A program made the translations under genes and the position numbers. The notes beneath the pieces are model-generated. The model was given only the letters and a program-made list of their open reading frames with translations. It searched no databases and had not been told where the DNA came from. A stretch of DNA of 64,000 bases from Felis catus (taxonomy: Eukaryota): contig NC_058368.1 in NCBI RefSeq assembly GCF_018350175.1, positions 141,734,001 through 141,798,000 of the forward strand, read 5' to 3'. Below, in pieces: positions 26,141 to 38,929 of the stretch. How positions within the stretch are numbered: the first letter of the stretch is position 1; each line of letters opens with the position of its first letter.

Positions 26141-26710
26141 GCTTCTCAAGTTGGAGAGAGACCTCTTTTAAAGATATCAATATTTCAAACTGTTTTGTTC
26201 ATGGGTTACAACTTTTCTGTCTTCTTTTCACGGGTTGCCATATATCTCAAACCTTTCTGGGGGGCCAAAGGAGACTCCAAAAAGCAGAGGTATTAAAAAT
26301 AACTTTTAAAATTAAAGTAGCCCCTAAGGTATCAAGGCCTCTCTCAGGCCAACTCCCTTCATCCTCTCACCTTCCAAGGCAGAGTTTGGGCTTAGCAAGA
26401 GAAGGTGCTGGGCCAGAAGACTTCTAGGCCATATTCTGCCTCTTAGTAGCTAGGAGAATTCCACTGGGAAGCCATGATGAACTTCACTTTTCAAAATCTG
26501 TAAAATGGATCAGCTAATGTTCACTTCTCAAATATGCTGTGACAATTATGTCTTTTAATTATGTGAATTGTGATATAAACCCCATAGCATTATATAACAC
26601 ATTATTATTATTAACAGAATTTGGCTGATTCTTAAAAACAGGATCATAAATCTTCTAACCTGTGCCATCTAACGTCAAATTGTATGTACCTCTCACCTTT
26701 AGATTAACTG

Positions 26711-27085
26711 CAGTGATTCTCAAATCTCAAGATGCATGGCAACTGCTTGAACACCTTGTTAAAAATGCAGACCCCTCTTATTAGGGAAGGGGTTTCACTT
26801 TGAAGTCATAGAAATGTTTGAAATTAGATGCAGGTGGTGGTTGCACAACAAGAAGGATGTGCTGAACACAACTGTTCCCTTAAAAATGGTTAATCTTAGG
26901 TTACATAAACCTGAATAAACTATTTTTTAAAATGCAGAATCCTTGGTCCCTTCCTCATAGATTCTGATCCCAGAAGTTTTGTGTTGGGCCCAAAAATATT
27001 TATCTTAAAAAATTCTGTCTCACCCCAGAACTGCCCCCAGACAGTTCTGATGCAGGTTGTCCAACGATCATGCATTTAGAAGCAT
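26711..27085. mobile_element. MER5A-like hAT MITE interrupted by an old L1 3' end (about 26772-26928)
   Basis: cagtgattctcaa...cttgttaaaaatgcaga and agattctga...ttctgatgca halves; duplication aaaatgcaga at 26762-26771 and 26929-26938. Confidence 0.65.
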
Positions 27086-27866
27086 AAAGAGAGCACCACC
27101 TGGGAAGTAAGAAATTTTACACTTTTGTGAGACTACTACTAAAGAGTTGGGCACCAATTAACTTTGAAGTTGTGGGGCTACTTTGATTTTAGCGGAGCTG
27201 GGAAAAACAGACTTTCAGTACCCAAACATCGCTAGCTTTCAACATATTTTCCAATCTTTCTTAAACAGCTTCTTATGAAAGTGAACACAGGAGCAAGCCC
27301 AGGTCCCTCTTGGGGTCACGCCAAACACAGGCACTACTTTGGAAAACAGCAGTTCTCCACAGGCAGATGCAGGTCTAATTTCTGAAAATAAAATTCACAT
27401 TAACACTAGATAGTGCCCTCTTACCTCTATCCACAATTCTACAGGGTTAAGAGACCTAGTCAAAATTTGGCAAACATCACTCTTTTAGAAAACATCCACT
27501 TATGGACACCACACCACATGGGCTAGAGGCAGTGTGATCTAGTGGTGTGTGCCCTGGATCAATCTGATCTGCATATCCACTAACTCCGGGCATGCTTCTG
27601 ACACAGTGACCTAACATCTTGTTACTGACCTACCTTGCAGGAATCCAGGGAGCCCAAACAATAAATCCACTCAGAAGTATTATTTGAACAGAAAGCAGAG
27701 CTTTCAAGAGCTGGTCCACTGGATAATTTCTCACTTTCCTGGGGTGCTCTCCTAATCAAGCATGGATAAGGCTTGGCCTTTACCACATTAGCTACATTAT
27801 GTGTGGAGCTGCAACTAAGTAGCTAGGTCCTAAACCTTGTGAGTCTATAACAGCAGTAAAGGTGGA

Positions 27867-28091
27867 TTTTTAATTTTTTTAACATGTACTAATTTTTAAG
27901 AGACAGAGAGAGACAGAGCGTGAGCAGGGGAGAGGCAGAGAGACAGAGAGAGGGAGACACATAATCCAAAGCATGCTCCAGGCTCTGAGCTGTCAGCACA
28001 GAGCCAGACGTGGGGCTCGAATCCATGAACTGTAAGATCATGACCTGAGCCTAAGTTGGATGCTTAACTGACTGAGCCACCCAGGTGCCCC
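27867..28091 (-). mobile_element. SINEC_Fc-type CAN-SINE
   Basis: Ends gagccacccaggtgcccc, with (GA)-rich body. Confidence 0.9.
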
Positions 28092-28139
28092 AAGGTGTTT
28101 TGTTTTGTTTTTTTTTTTAATTTTAAGAAAGAGTCCTTT

Positions 28140-28696
28140 CCTTAAAAAATGATAGAATTAGCATGCGATCCAGCAAATCCACTTCTGGGTATATACAAAA
28201 GAACTGAAAGCAGAGTCTTGAAATTTACACACCCACGTCTACAGTGCCATATGCACGACAGCCAAGAGACAGAAGAGACCCAGATATCCATCAGCAGATG
28301 AAAGGATAAGCAAAATGAGGTATATACATAAATATCATCCAGCCTTAAAAAGGAAGGAAATTATGATACACATTATAACATGGATGAGCCATGAGGACAT
28401 TATGCTAAGTGAAATAAGCCAGTCACAAAAAGACAAATACTGTATGATTCCACTTACATAAGGTACCTAGAGTAGTCACGTTCATAGAAAGAAAAAGAAA
28501 GGGCCGTTTCCAGTGGCTAGGAAGAGGAAGCAACGGGGAATTGTTTAATGAGTACAGAGTTTCAGCTTTGTAAGATAAAAAAATTCTGGAGATTGGTTGT
28601 ACAACAGTGTGAATATACTTAACACTATACTTAAAAATGGTTAAGGTAGTAAACTTTATGTTACATGTATTTTACAATTTAAAAAAAAATAAAAAG
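28140..28696 (+). mobile_element. Eutherian L1 (L1MB-like) 3' end
   Basis: gatccagcaaatccacttctgggtatat...gaggacattatgctaagtgaaataagccagtcacaaaaagacaaatactg; poly-A. Confidence 0.88.
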
Positions 28697-28729
28697 GAGT
28701 CAAGAAGCCTTTCTTCCTCTCTCCCCCCT

Positions 28730-28792
28730 TTCCTTCCTTCCTTCCTTCCTTCCTTCCTTCCTTCCTTCCTTCCTTCCTTCCTTCCTTCCTTC
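28730..28792. repeat. (TTCC)n tetranucleotide repeat
   Basis: Direct reading. Confidence 0.95.
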
Positions 28793-29639
28793 TCTCTCTC
28801 ACATCCATCCTTTATTTCACTACCTCTTTCCTTTCCCTCCTTCCTTTTCTTTCTCTTCTTTATTTCTTGTCACCTAGTAAAATATGAATACAATCTTGAG
28901 GGTAAAAGATTCCAGCAATATACAAGTGATAATCCTACTTCATTCTCCTCACAAGACATAACCACTCTGCCACATGATAGACATTTTCCCAGCCCTTTAT
29001 CTGTGGATTTTCGTATATATGCAGGCAAGTACACATAGACACCCATGTATATATACACATATATTCTTATACACTTAATTGAATATTTAACAATTTATAC
29101 ATACGGGTATTCAATTTAAATGGCACTCAACTTTACCTACTGCTCTGGGCTTACTTTTTTGCTTGAAGATTTTTAAGGTTGGTTCTACCCTACAGGATTT
29201 CTTCAGGATGAGGTCCCTGTAAGTGGACTCTGTTGACTCCACCATGCCTGCACGTCCTAGAGCAGAGTATACCAATAGTTTCTGAAGGTGCCTTCTGGCT
29301 CCACAGGTGGAAAGAACACAATGGTTCTACCACCAGATCTTTCATGGCTGAGCTGAAACTTCAAAGTCTGTACACTCAGCAGCATGGCACCATGACCGCC
29401 AGAGCCAGATAACTGGCGGCAAAAGTGTTTTCTGCTGAAAGCTACCCATTTCCATCAGAGCAGTGGGCTCTAGAACAAAATACTGTCTACTACCACACAG
29501 GTTGGTGGAGATAGGGAAATGGTAATCAGAGAAAGGGAGCAACTGGGAGCCAAAGGGCAAGTAATATCTGGGAAGAATTATCAGACAGGCTTTACCACAT
29601 TTATAAAATATGAACAACTGTATTGATCTGAGAAAAAAA

Positions 29640-30780
29640 CCCTCACCCTTTTAGCCTTTTATAAATTGAGATGATAGCACTGTTATGCATTAAAAGATGT
29701 TATCAGTCCCAAAGAGCAAGTATGGCCTTACACCAACTAATATCTGCTAGAATGTACCTGACTGCATTGGAAATGTTGCAGCAGATTGGTATAGCCGGGA
29801 ATAATGAACCGCTGCACCCCATTGAAATGTAATTACACAGCCCTCTTGTTCTTAAACCTATAAGGTGAAAGAAAGATGAATAGTGAAAGTAAAAACCGCT
29901 GACCCTTCAAAGTTTAATTTACGTTATGCATTCGCTCGCCCTTCTGATAGGTTTTAGAAAGGTCATAATTTAGGGTATTTTGCAGTTGATAAATGATCTG
30001 TATGTTTGTGTTCACACGCACCGATTGATTTGTTATAGCCAAAATATTGTTTCTATAACAGCCCAAGGGCCCTTAACTAGACAAACGGTGAACCAGAATC
30101 CAAGGGGAGGCACAGGGAAATCTGGGCCTGCCCAGAAGGGGCTGGCCTTTGCCCAGGGACTCCAGGATGATGGAGTGGAGGGCGTGGGTGAGGATGCAAG
30201 GGCGAAATTGTGGGAGGAGGAGGTGGTGGCCAGAGCAGATGGAGCAGCGGCCTTGGCTCTTGGCAGCCCGTGGTCCTGGTCTCTTCAACCTTCTCCACCC
30301 GGCGTGGGTGGCTTCCACTGCAGTCGAAGCAAGTCTTGTCAAGACTTTCAAGTTGAGCTCCCTTTGGTGCAGAGTAAGCCAGCAGGGTTGTTAGGGCAAT
30401 TTTCCCACCTTTCCAGCCTTGGAAGAGGCTCCTGTTTCCGGGCCCAGTTGATGCATTATGCATCAGGGCTGCCTGCAACTGACAGCCCCTCAGCCAACGT
30501 CGACTTGAAAAGCAATGGTGCTAATCAAAGCCGACACATTTGAATGTCCAGACACACACACAGAGAAATTTACTAATCAAAAAGTGTATTTCCTAGGGCT
30601 GTCTCCAGAGAAATCCGCGGGAAGAAATTGGAATAATTTATTAGCTTACAAGTTTTCGTTGACAGTTAGCCCAAAGCTATTTATCTCTGTAATAGAGAAC
30701 GTCTCCAATGTGGCAAAATTGACCAAATCAAACAGCTTTGATCAGAAAATGAATCTGGCAAGCCTGCCTGTCGGAGGGTC
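29640..30780. promoter_or_regulatory. Candidate distal enhancer / conserved non-coding block
   Basis: Repeat-free with retained CpGs, TGATAAATGA at 29987, palindrome at 30449-30465, TGACAG at 30480 and 30660. Confidence 0.45.
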
Positions 30781-31795
30781 CCAGGAGAAAGGGGGGAAAC
30801 AAACAAAAAGATTTAACAAGTGGTCAATAGGAGAAAGAGAGCAAGAGAAAAGGATTTGGGAGAAGAAAAGAGCCAGGGAGGAGGAGGCAGAGAAAGAATT
30901 TTGCAAAGCCACAGCCCCAGCTCTGGAATGAATTGTTGAAGAAATAAATGATGTTTCACATCATAACATTTAACATGGTGCTTGTGCATTATCTGAGTCC
31001 TGCAGCCCAAACTGAGATGTGATTTTTATGGTAACAAGATGATGACAAACTACAGAGGGAAGGGGCTTGCTGTCAGTGGTGGCGGTGAGGAAATAAGCAC
31101 GGGAAACCCCGAGCAATGACTCTAGCTCTGATGGCCCCAAGATCAGCATTAACCCATTTCTAGAAGGTAACGATGATGCTGATTTTTAAACTTCTGCCTC
31201 AGGGAGGACCAGGTGCTTGCCCATCAAGTACCAAGTTGGACTCAGGCATGAGTCCAAAGGTAGGGCCTACCTGTGGTTTCTCTCCTTGCCCTCCTCTCAT
31301 GGGCAGTGCTGGGGAGGTGGTGGTGAGAGAGACCCATGAGGGGGAGAGTGTACCACACCTTTCTATTTCAATCTCTTCTTCCAAGAGGTATGTACATTGC
31401 AATGGGGAGAGAGCACCAAATACAGCTTTCAAGCCCGGTGGTAGATGGATGAATAAGATAAGAAAACTCATGACCTAGGGGAAAACCCTCCAGTCACTGC
31501 AGTATTACTCTACATACATATTAAGGTGGGCCTCTCCATCATACAGGTCAACAAACTACTACTTTCCAATCCCAGATGTCTTCCACCACAAGCAACACTC
31601 CACTGCTAACACCAATGGCATTCATTGGCAAGGGGGTTGCTGTATTCAACAGTCCAATGGTTTGAAGGATGCTCCAGCAGCCAATGTATCTGTATCAAAC
31701 ATAAGCTGAAACCATCAACATCTCTACTCACTTTATTCTAGAGAAGAGGTTGTATAAGCTCTTTGTGTTTAAATACAATAGAAAATCATCGTGAA

Positions 31796-32014
31796 GGGGC
31801 GCCTGGGTGGCTCAGTTGGATGAGCGTCCAACTTCGGCTCAGGTCATGATCTTGCAGTTCATGGGTTTGAGCCCTGTGTCATGCTCTGTGCTGAGAGGTT
31901 GGAGCCCAAAGCCCATTTCGGCTTCTGTGTCTCCCTCTCTCACTGCCCCTCACCCACTCATGCTCTGTCTCTCTCAGCCTCTCAAAAATAAATAAATGTT
32001 AAAAAAAAAAAAGA
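31796..32014 (+). mobile_element. SINEC_Fc-type CAN-SINE
   Basis: TSD agaaaatcat(c/g)gtgaa at 31780-31795 and 32015-32030. Confidence 0.92.
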
Positions 32015-33567
32015 AGAAAATCATGGTGAAAAGTTGGCAAAAGTATTCGTCAATAAAGAGAAATGCTAAAGCATGTAGAAATGTTTCTGTCACAGTACAT
32101 TCTAGGTTAGAACTGTTTAATGAGGACATTGTTTGATGAATACTTGAGATGGTCAAGTGGATTTGAAAAGGAGCACCAGCTCTGAAGTCTGAAAACCTTG
32201 CTGGGACACTTAGTCTCAAGGATGCACTTCCTTTCTGTGTAAATCATATGCGTGGCCTGGATTATCACTACCTGCATAGGAGGTGTTGTTGTGGGAATCA
32301 AGAGAGGTGATTACTAGAAAGCACTTACCAAAATAAATAATTCAAGTCATACACAAATGCAAGTTATCACTACTGTTTTGTCATGGGGGAAGGAGGATGA
32401 TCACAATATGTTTGATCAAATAAATCCAACTTAATTAAGGAAGATCCATGTCAGGAAACCAAACCCCACACTCTGAGAGCTGGCCTCCCAGCCATGATTC
32501 TAGGTGTTTCCCTTAGAAATAAGCATCAAGTTTTTTTCTCTTTCTCCAGAAAACTTAGTCACAATCTCACAAGAAGGGTCTGGCCACATACCCTAATGCT
32601 TCTAGGGACTTTCTCCTTCGATCTGCATGGCCTTCCTTAGACATTTGGGGAAAAGATACAGTTAGCTTTAAATCCTTTTGGACTCCCAATTCAGGTTTAA
32701 GTCTCCATGTCTGATCCATATGTCTGTGTATTCTTGGAGCTATAACCCCTGGCTAATTGAGTGCTAAAGGTGGATCAGCAATTTTGCTTGATCAACCAAG
32801 TCCAACTTAATCTCTTCCATAAAAGGACTTAGTGGACACTATCTGAAAGTATTTCTAAACCATTCAAATAAGACAATCAACTTGGTTTTGTTGATATTTT
32901 AGAGGGGTGCAGGGAAATAATATTTTGGCTAGTTCTGGATTTGTTTCTATGATGGCAAATAAGGCAGTTTAGCTTTATTTGACTAAAATTTGCAAGATAT
33001 TGTGTGGGATAATGGGATAGCTTATGTTCTGGCTCAGGTCCTCCTCTGAATGCATTAAACTTGTCTCTTGTTTACAAGAATTACATTTTAATACACACCC
33101 TGATGTTGTCACAACCACAGATTATAGATCTGTCCAGTGTCTCATAGCAGCCAGCCTTGGAACTGCTCTCTAAAGCAATCATGCCTCTGATCCACGTTTT
33201 ATGTTTTGACTGCGAGCAGGACCACCACAGTACCTTCTGCTACGTCCTCAAGCCTCTTTGCCTTAGTCTCTTGGCATCCCCACATCTTGCCTGGTTGGGA
33301 CCTCTGCAATATTGGTGTGCACTCTTCTACCTGGCAACACAGAGCAGTAAAGATGCTCTGTTTAATCGTGTTGCTGCTGTGTGATGTGCTGGGAACACAC
33401 CAGAAAGCTCCTACCAAGAAGTGGGTCCAAAATGGGTTAAAAAGTCTCAAGATTTCTCCAAGCCAGATTTCTGCCTCCTCCATCTTCAAGTGTTCTAACA
33501 TGTATAAAAGCCACTGGCTTTCCATTTAAATGGTTCTTAGTGTGAATTAAAATTTTTCTCTCTTCTA

Positions 33568-33765
33568 GGGATGCCTGGGTGGTTCAGTCAGTTGAGCATC
33601 CGAATCTTAATTTTGGGTGCACGATCTCATGGTTTGGGGGTTTGAGCCCTGCATCAGGCTCCATGCTGACAATATGGAGCTTGCTTGGGATTCTCTCTCT
33701 CTGCCCCTCTCACCCCATTTTCTCTCTCTTTCCCCAAAATAAATAAACATTAAAACATTTATTAA
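33568..33765 (+). mobile_element. CAN-SINE
   Basis: gggatgcctgggtggttcagtcagttgagc head, CT tract, tail. Confidence 0.88.
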
Positions 33766-33890
33766 GACTTTTTTTCTCTCTTGTGTAACTGATACAGCAT
33801 CTAATATGGGAGGCCCAGAATGAGAAAAGACTTCAGCTCTACTTCTCAAGATACTACTGAAATCCTGGCTTGTAATTCTGTCAAATCTTT

Positions 33891-34108
33891 TTTTTTCTTT
33901 TAATTAAAATTTGTTTAATGTTTATTTATTTTTGAGAGAGAGAGAGAGAGTGTGCACAAGCAGGGGAAGGGCAGAGAGAGAGGGAGAATCCCAAGCAAAC
34001 TCCGCGCTGTCAGCACAGAACCCAACACAGAGTTCGAACTTGTGAATTGAGAGATCATGACCTGAGCCAAAGTTGGACGCTCAACCAAATGAGCCACCCA
34101 AGCACCCT
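33891..34108 (-). mobile_element. CAN-SINE
   Basis: TSD ctgtcaaatcttt at 33878-33890 and 34110-34122. Confidence 0.9.
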
Positions 34109-34441
34109 ACTGTCAAATCTTTACTGAAGCAGGAAACAAAGACAACTAGAAACCAAACACTTAAATTAACAGTGCAGGAATTTATATCTTGAATCTTTAG
34201 GTTCTGGAAATGATTTTTTTTTTTCTTGAAAACTGCCCTAATGTTACCTGTTATTTAGTGTATAGAGTTAGAAAAAAGGAAGGGGGCAAGAAGGTAAGGA
34301 ATGTTTAGGTGGGAGAGAGCCAGACAATAATTTGGGGAGCTGTTTTCCTTAGAAAACCATATATGACATTTTTAATAGTTAAAAAAATTTTCCCAATAAA
34401 TCCATCCAGCTATGGAATTTGGTTAAGATTAGAATTTGTGA

Positions 34442-34556
34442 GGGGTACCTGGCTGGCTTAGTCAGTAGAGCACGTGACTCTTGACCTTGGGATTGTTGAG
34501 TATGAGCCCCATGTTGGGTATAGAGATTACTTAAAAATTAAATCTTAAAAAAAAAA
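34442..34556 (+). mobile_element. Short CAN-SINE lacking the CT tract
   Basis: tRNA-like head and poly-A; TSD aagattagaatttg at 34425-34438 and 34557-34570. Confidence 0.88.
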
Positions 34557-35170
34557 AAGATTAGAATTTGGAGCATTTTCTTCTGCTTAAATTTAAGTGG
34601 AAGCTATAAATGCCATTTTCAGAATCCTGATCTCTCCCACAAACCTTGCCTGTTTTTTTTAAGCATAATGAGGTATTTGTATTTATTTTTATATGTATTC
34701 CACCAAGACTTCAACTAGATTCCAGGTGTTCACATTTCTTTTGACTTTAAAAATTCTACTTCAAAGCCATTAAATTAAATGTTTAAATGGCCCTTCCTAG
34801 CTTTAATTATATAGCTATATAGTCAGTAAGAAATGAATCTAAATGGATAAGAACTTTATGAAAGAAAGAAAATACCCATTCTAAAGCATGGCTTGAATGA
34901 GCACTCAGATACTCAGAAAACTTATTTCTGTATTTTTAATGAGGTTAATAGGCTTTCCTAAACATGATGGGAATATTTCCCATAAATATTGACTACATTT
35001 TAGGGGTTCACCATAAACAAAAAGCCTGATACAAACTCCTCTCTGAATCAAGGAATTCTTACAAAAGAACTCAATTTTATAGGTCAGTTTATCAATAACT
35101 ATGTTCTAAAAAAAAAATAATAAGTCTACCCCCAAAACTCGCTTCTGAGACTTCAAATGAAGCACTTTTT

Positions 35171-35370
35171 TTTTAATTTTTTTTTCAACGTTTATTTATT
35201 TTTGGGACAGAGAGAGACAGAGCATGAACAGGGGAGGGGCAGAGAGAGAGGGAGACACAGAATTGGAAACAGGCTCCAGGCTCTGAGCCATCAGCCCAGA
35301 GCCTGACGCGGGGCTCGAACTCACGGACCGCGAGATCGTGACCTGGCCGACTGCACCACCCAGGCGCCCC
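35171..35370 (-). mobile_element. Young SINEC_Fc with an 18-bp internal deletion
   Basis: CpG-rich; perfect TSD caaatgaagcacttttt at 35154-35170 and 35372-35388. Confidence 0.93.
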
Positions 35371-35677
35371 GCAAATGAAGCACTTTTTAAGAGCCTCATT
35401 CACAAAGAGAATCTTCCAGTTACTTCCATTTTCCTAACCAGGAAACAAATTTTAATGCACTACTTCTGTTCAATCATAGCCACCCTCCTCCTTTTCATCA
35501 TCTTATTTTTATTTTAACAGTTATGTGTGTCCAGTAGGAATTGAGAAAGCAGACAAAGTCTACACTAATACCTTCTTGAATCTATTAAGAGATCCAGAAT
35601 TTTAAAGAAACCTAACTGTTCAGGCCCTTGGGCTCCATGATTCTGTGTAACAAATCCTTTAAAAACGCCCAAGGAGA

Positions 35678-35895
35678 GGGGACGTCTGGGTGGCTCAGTC
35701 GGTTAAGCCTCCATCTTCAGCTCAGGTCACGATGTCACTGTTTGTGAGTTCGAGCTCCACATTGGGTCCTCTGCTGTCAGCACAGAGCTCACTTTGGATC
35801 CTCTTACCTCCCTCTTTCTCTGCCCCTTCACCGCTCACATGCTGTCTCTCTCTCTCTCTCAAAAATAATAAATTAAAAAAAAATTAAACAAGAAA
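35678..35895 (+). mobile_element. CAN-SINE (first of tandem pair)
   Basis: Head ggggacgtctgggtggctcagtcggttaag; A-rich tail. Confidence 0.9.
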
Positions 35896-35911
35896 AAGAA
35901 GTCCAAGGGGT

Positions 35912-36126
35912 GGGGCACCTGGATGGCTCAGTCAATTAAGCGTCTGACTCTTGGTTTCAGCTCAGGTCATGATCTCACGGTTCATGACTTCAAGCCCCGC
36001 ATTGTGCTCTGTGCTCTGTGCTGTAGAGCCTGCTTGGGATTCTCTGTCTCCATCATTCTGCCCCTCCCCTGCTCCTTTTTTCTCTTTCAAAAATAAATAA
36101 ATAAACATTAAAAAAAGAAGAAGAAG
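35912..36126 (+). mobile_element. CAN-SINE (second of tandem pair)
   Basis: Head ggggcacctggatggctcagtc; tail ending in (aag)n. Confidence 0.9.
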
Positions 36127-36573
36127 AAGAAGCCCAAAGGGTTGAGAAAAGGCTGGATAGGACTTTTAGGGTTTTTTGTTTGTTTGTTTGTTTGTTTGTC
36201 CATGGACAGGACTCTACATATGGAATTAACCAAGAAACATTCTTTTTCCCAACAAGTAATTTTGAGCTGTATTATGATCCACTTCAGACAAGTGATGCTC
36301 ACAACAATCCTACAAGGCTGAAATTGTCATCCCTCCTTTACAGATAAAAACAAAAACAAAAAACTGAAGCTTAGGAGGATTCAGTGTTATGCCCAGGGCC
36401 ACACCACCAGCCCTGAGATAGTTGTGATGGGAGTCCAGATCTCTCTGACCTTAAGTCCATTCTGCTACTATCCTCAGTGAACAGAAAGGAGGTCCTGGCT
36501 TATTCTTAAATGGGAGAAGCAGCTTTGCCATGATCACAAACACGATGGTGAACCTTGATCCATCCTATCATGG

Positions 36574-36937
36574 TGTATCTATAATAGTCAGAACAGGTTA
36601 ATTATGCTATGAAACAAAGTTTTGTTCATACTGCATATCTGAAAGCCACTAGCTGGGAGGCTCTGTATCCCATCGTCACCCCAGGACAGAGGCTCTATCA
36701 TCTTACTAAGTCAACATCTCAATATAATGCTTTACGATTCACTACAGCAAGGGAAGGGAACATGAAAAGTTGCAACATGGCTCTTAAATGCTATTGACCA
36801 AAGTGACAAAAATCCATTCACATTTTGTTGGCCAAAGCAGGTCACAGGGCCATACCTAGGTTCAGGCCAATCTTCCCATATGCCGGAAAGAAGAAGAGAA
36901 CCAGAAATTTCAGTCAGCTTCCGTCATGTCTACAACA
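36574..36937 (-). mobile_element. MaLR LTR remnant (MLT1K-like)
   Basis: agtcagaacaggttaattatgct...ttggccaaagcaggtcacagggccatacct similarity. Confidence 0.5.
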
Positions 36938-38687
36938 GTACTCTCAGTAACAGGGAGCACTGGGTCGAGTCATAGGTCCTTCATCCTAGTACTAGCTGTG
37001 CCACTAGATAAGCTCTGTGACTTTGTCCATGCTCTTACCCCCACTGGCCCTCCTCTGTGAGTGTTTGGGATAGATGGTTACCTCTCTGATTTTGTACCAG
37101 AACAAATCTATTACCTTAGCTAGATCTCAGAGCCCTTGCACTTGGGATGATATCAGTGGGATCCATCTCCAACTAGAGCACACGGCTCAGGGAAGATCCT
37201 GCAGGGTGTTGCAGAAATGGACTCATTTGTGCACACAATAGGGAAGCTGGCTAGAGTCAGCTCTTAAGAATTTTGAGATAGTCCACAAAAGCTTGATGAA
37301 TATGCCAAGGATTCCAAGTCACAAAATACATTTTGTTAAATCACTTTGACAAAGGCATTTTAGTTTTAACTTCTGTGGCAGAAGCTTACTGTTACTCAAA
37401 AATGGGCCCCACATATGGGTATTTCTCATTTTATATCATAGTTGCTTCCCTAAAAAAAAAGGAGGTGTGTAAATTACATTTAAAACATACAGAACCACTG
37501 TTTGAGTTTATGGAAAAACATATTAAAGAGCTCCAACGACAAAAATCTTTGAGAAAGAGTGAAAAGATCATTTCTAGTTTCACTTTTTCTGTAAAATGTT
37601 GCTTGATAACACTCAGAATTTCTGACACAGTATACTAAGTATAAAGATAATCAACTGTTCATCTGTGACTGACTTGCATTTTCATAAAATAGCAATGATA
37701 CCTTACATTGGTATAGCACCTTCCAGTTATAAAGTCTTACGTTTACCTCGGATAAGAGTAGAAAGAGCATAAACTTTGCTGTCACACTTAAATTCTGATC
37801 TTGGTTTTCTTTCTTAGTAGTTATGAGCTTGTACACATTACCGCACCTCTTGGAGCCCCTATCTCATTTGTGAAATAAGAGTTTCATGACTGTTGAAAGA
37901 CTGTTAATAAGAACTGTATGGTAACATGTCTAATATAGGACCTAACATGGAGTAGATGCTTAATGAAAAGTGATTTCCTTTTCTGGGAAGCAGAAAGGGG
38001 AGGTATCATTACCTGCATCTTACAGATGAGAAAGCTGAGGCCCAGAGTGATAAAGTGACTTGCCCAAAGTCTCACAAATACATGATTAGAGCCCTCACTG
38101 GCGCCTTCCTCTTTCTAGCACACTTTCTAGCACATGAAGCCCACAAGTCATTTCTAGCCCACATGAAGAGCAGTGACTACACGGCGGATAATTGTACAGA
38201 ATGCGTGTTATCATGTGACTTGGGGCTGACACTTGTTATCCTGTATATGTTGTTTTTTTGTGACTTTGTCTTTTCTTTCTGCCTGGGCTAGTCATGCCCT
38301 GTGAGCCTTGTGCTCACGGGGCATCTGTCTCAGTGGTGGGTACTCAGTGAGTGCTTTTCCACTAACTGATTTTCAAGTTTTTGCAAATCCACCTAGCTCA
38401 CTAGAACACAGTAGCACATTGAACAGTTAAGAGGACTTGGTTTTTAAGAACTTTGTCATCCAAGAGTGAAAATTACAAAGGGCATAATTTATTTTAGGGT
38501 ACAGTAGAAAAGTAATAACACTACCAAAAATGCTGCGATGATTAAATGCTCTTATTGATGGTGACAACCTCCCTTTCCCTTCTGTGTGGCACTCAATAGT
38601 CAGTTATGACCTGGCTAATTTGCATTCTTTAACAGATGCAGACTAAGGACCTCGAGATGGCAGGCACACACCTACAATCCAGGTTAT

Positions 38688-38913
38688 TTTTTTAAATACT
38701 TTTTTAATGTTTATTTTTCAGAGAGAGAGAGAGAGAGAGACAGAGTATGAGTGGAGGAGGGGCAGAGAGAGAAGGAGACACAGAATCTGAAGCAGGCTCC
38801 CAGGCTCTGAGCTGTCAGCACAGAGCCCAACACAGGGCTTGAACTCATGAATGGTGAGATCATGACCTGAAATGGAGTTGGACGCTTAGCTGACTGAGCC
38901 ACCCAGGCACTCC
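38688..38913 (-). mobile_element. SINEC_Fc-type CAN-SINE
   Basis: TSD cctacaatccaggttat at 38671-38687 and 38912-38928. Confidence 0.92.
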
Positions 38914-38929
38914 TACAATCCAGGTTATA

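Noticed and set aside
29980..30543. Longest ORF (187 aa)
   Set aside because: Starts at TTG rather than ATG, has no recognisable homology, and overlaps enhancer-like motifs
37333..37638. 101-aa ORF with a helical-looking segment (EPLFEFMEKHIKELQRQK)
   Set aside because: Non-ATG start, no family recognised, no convincing splice sites
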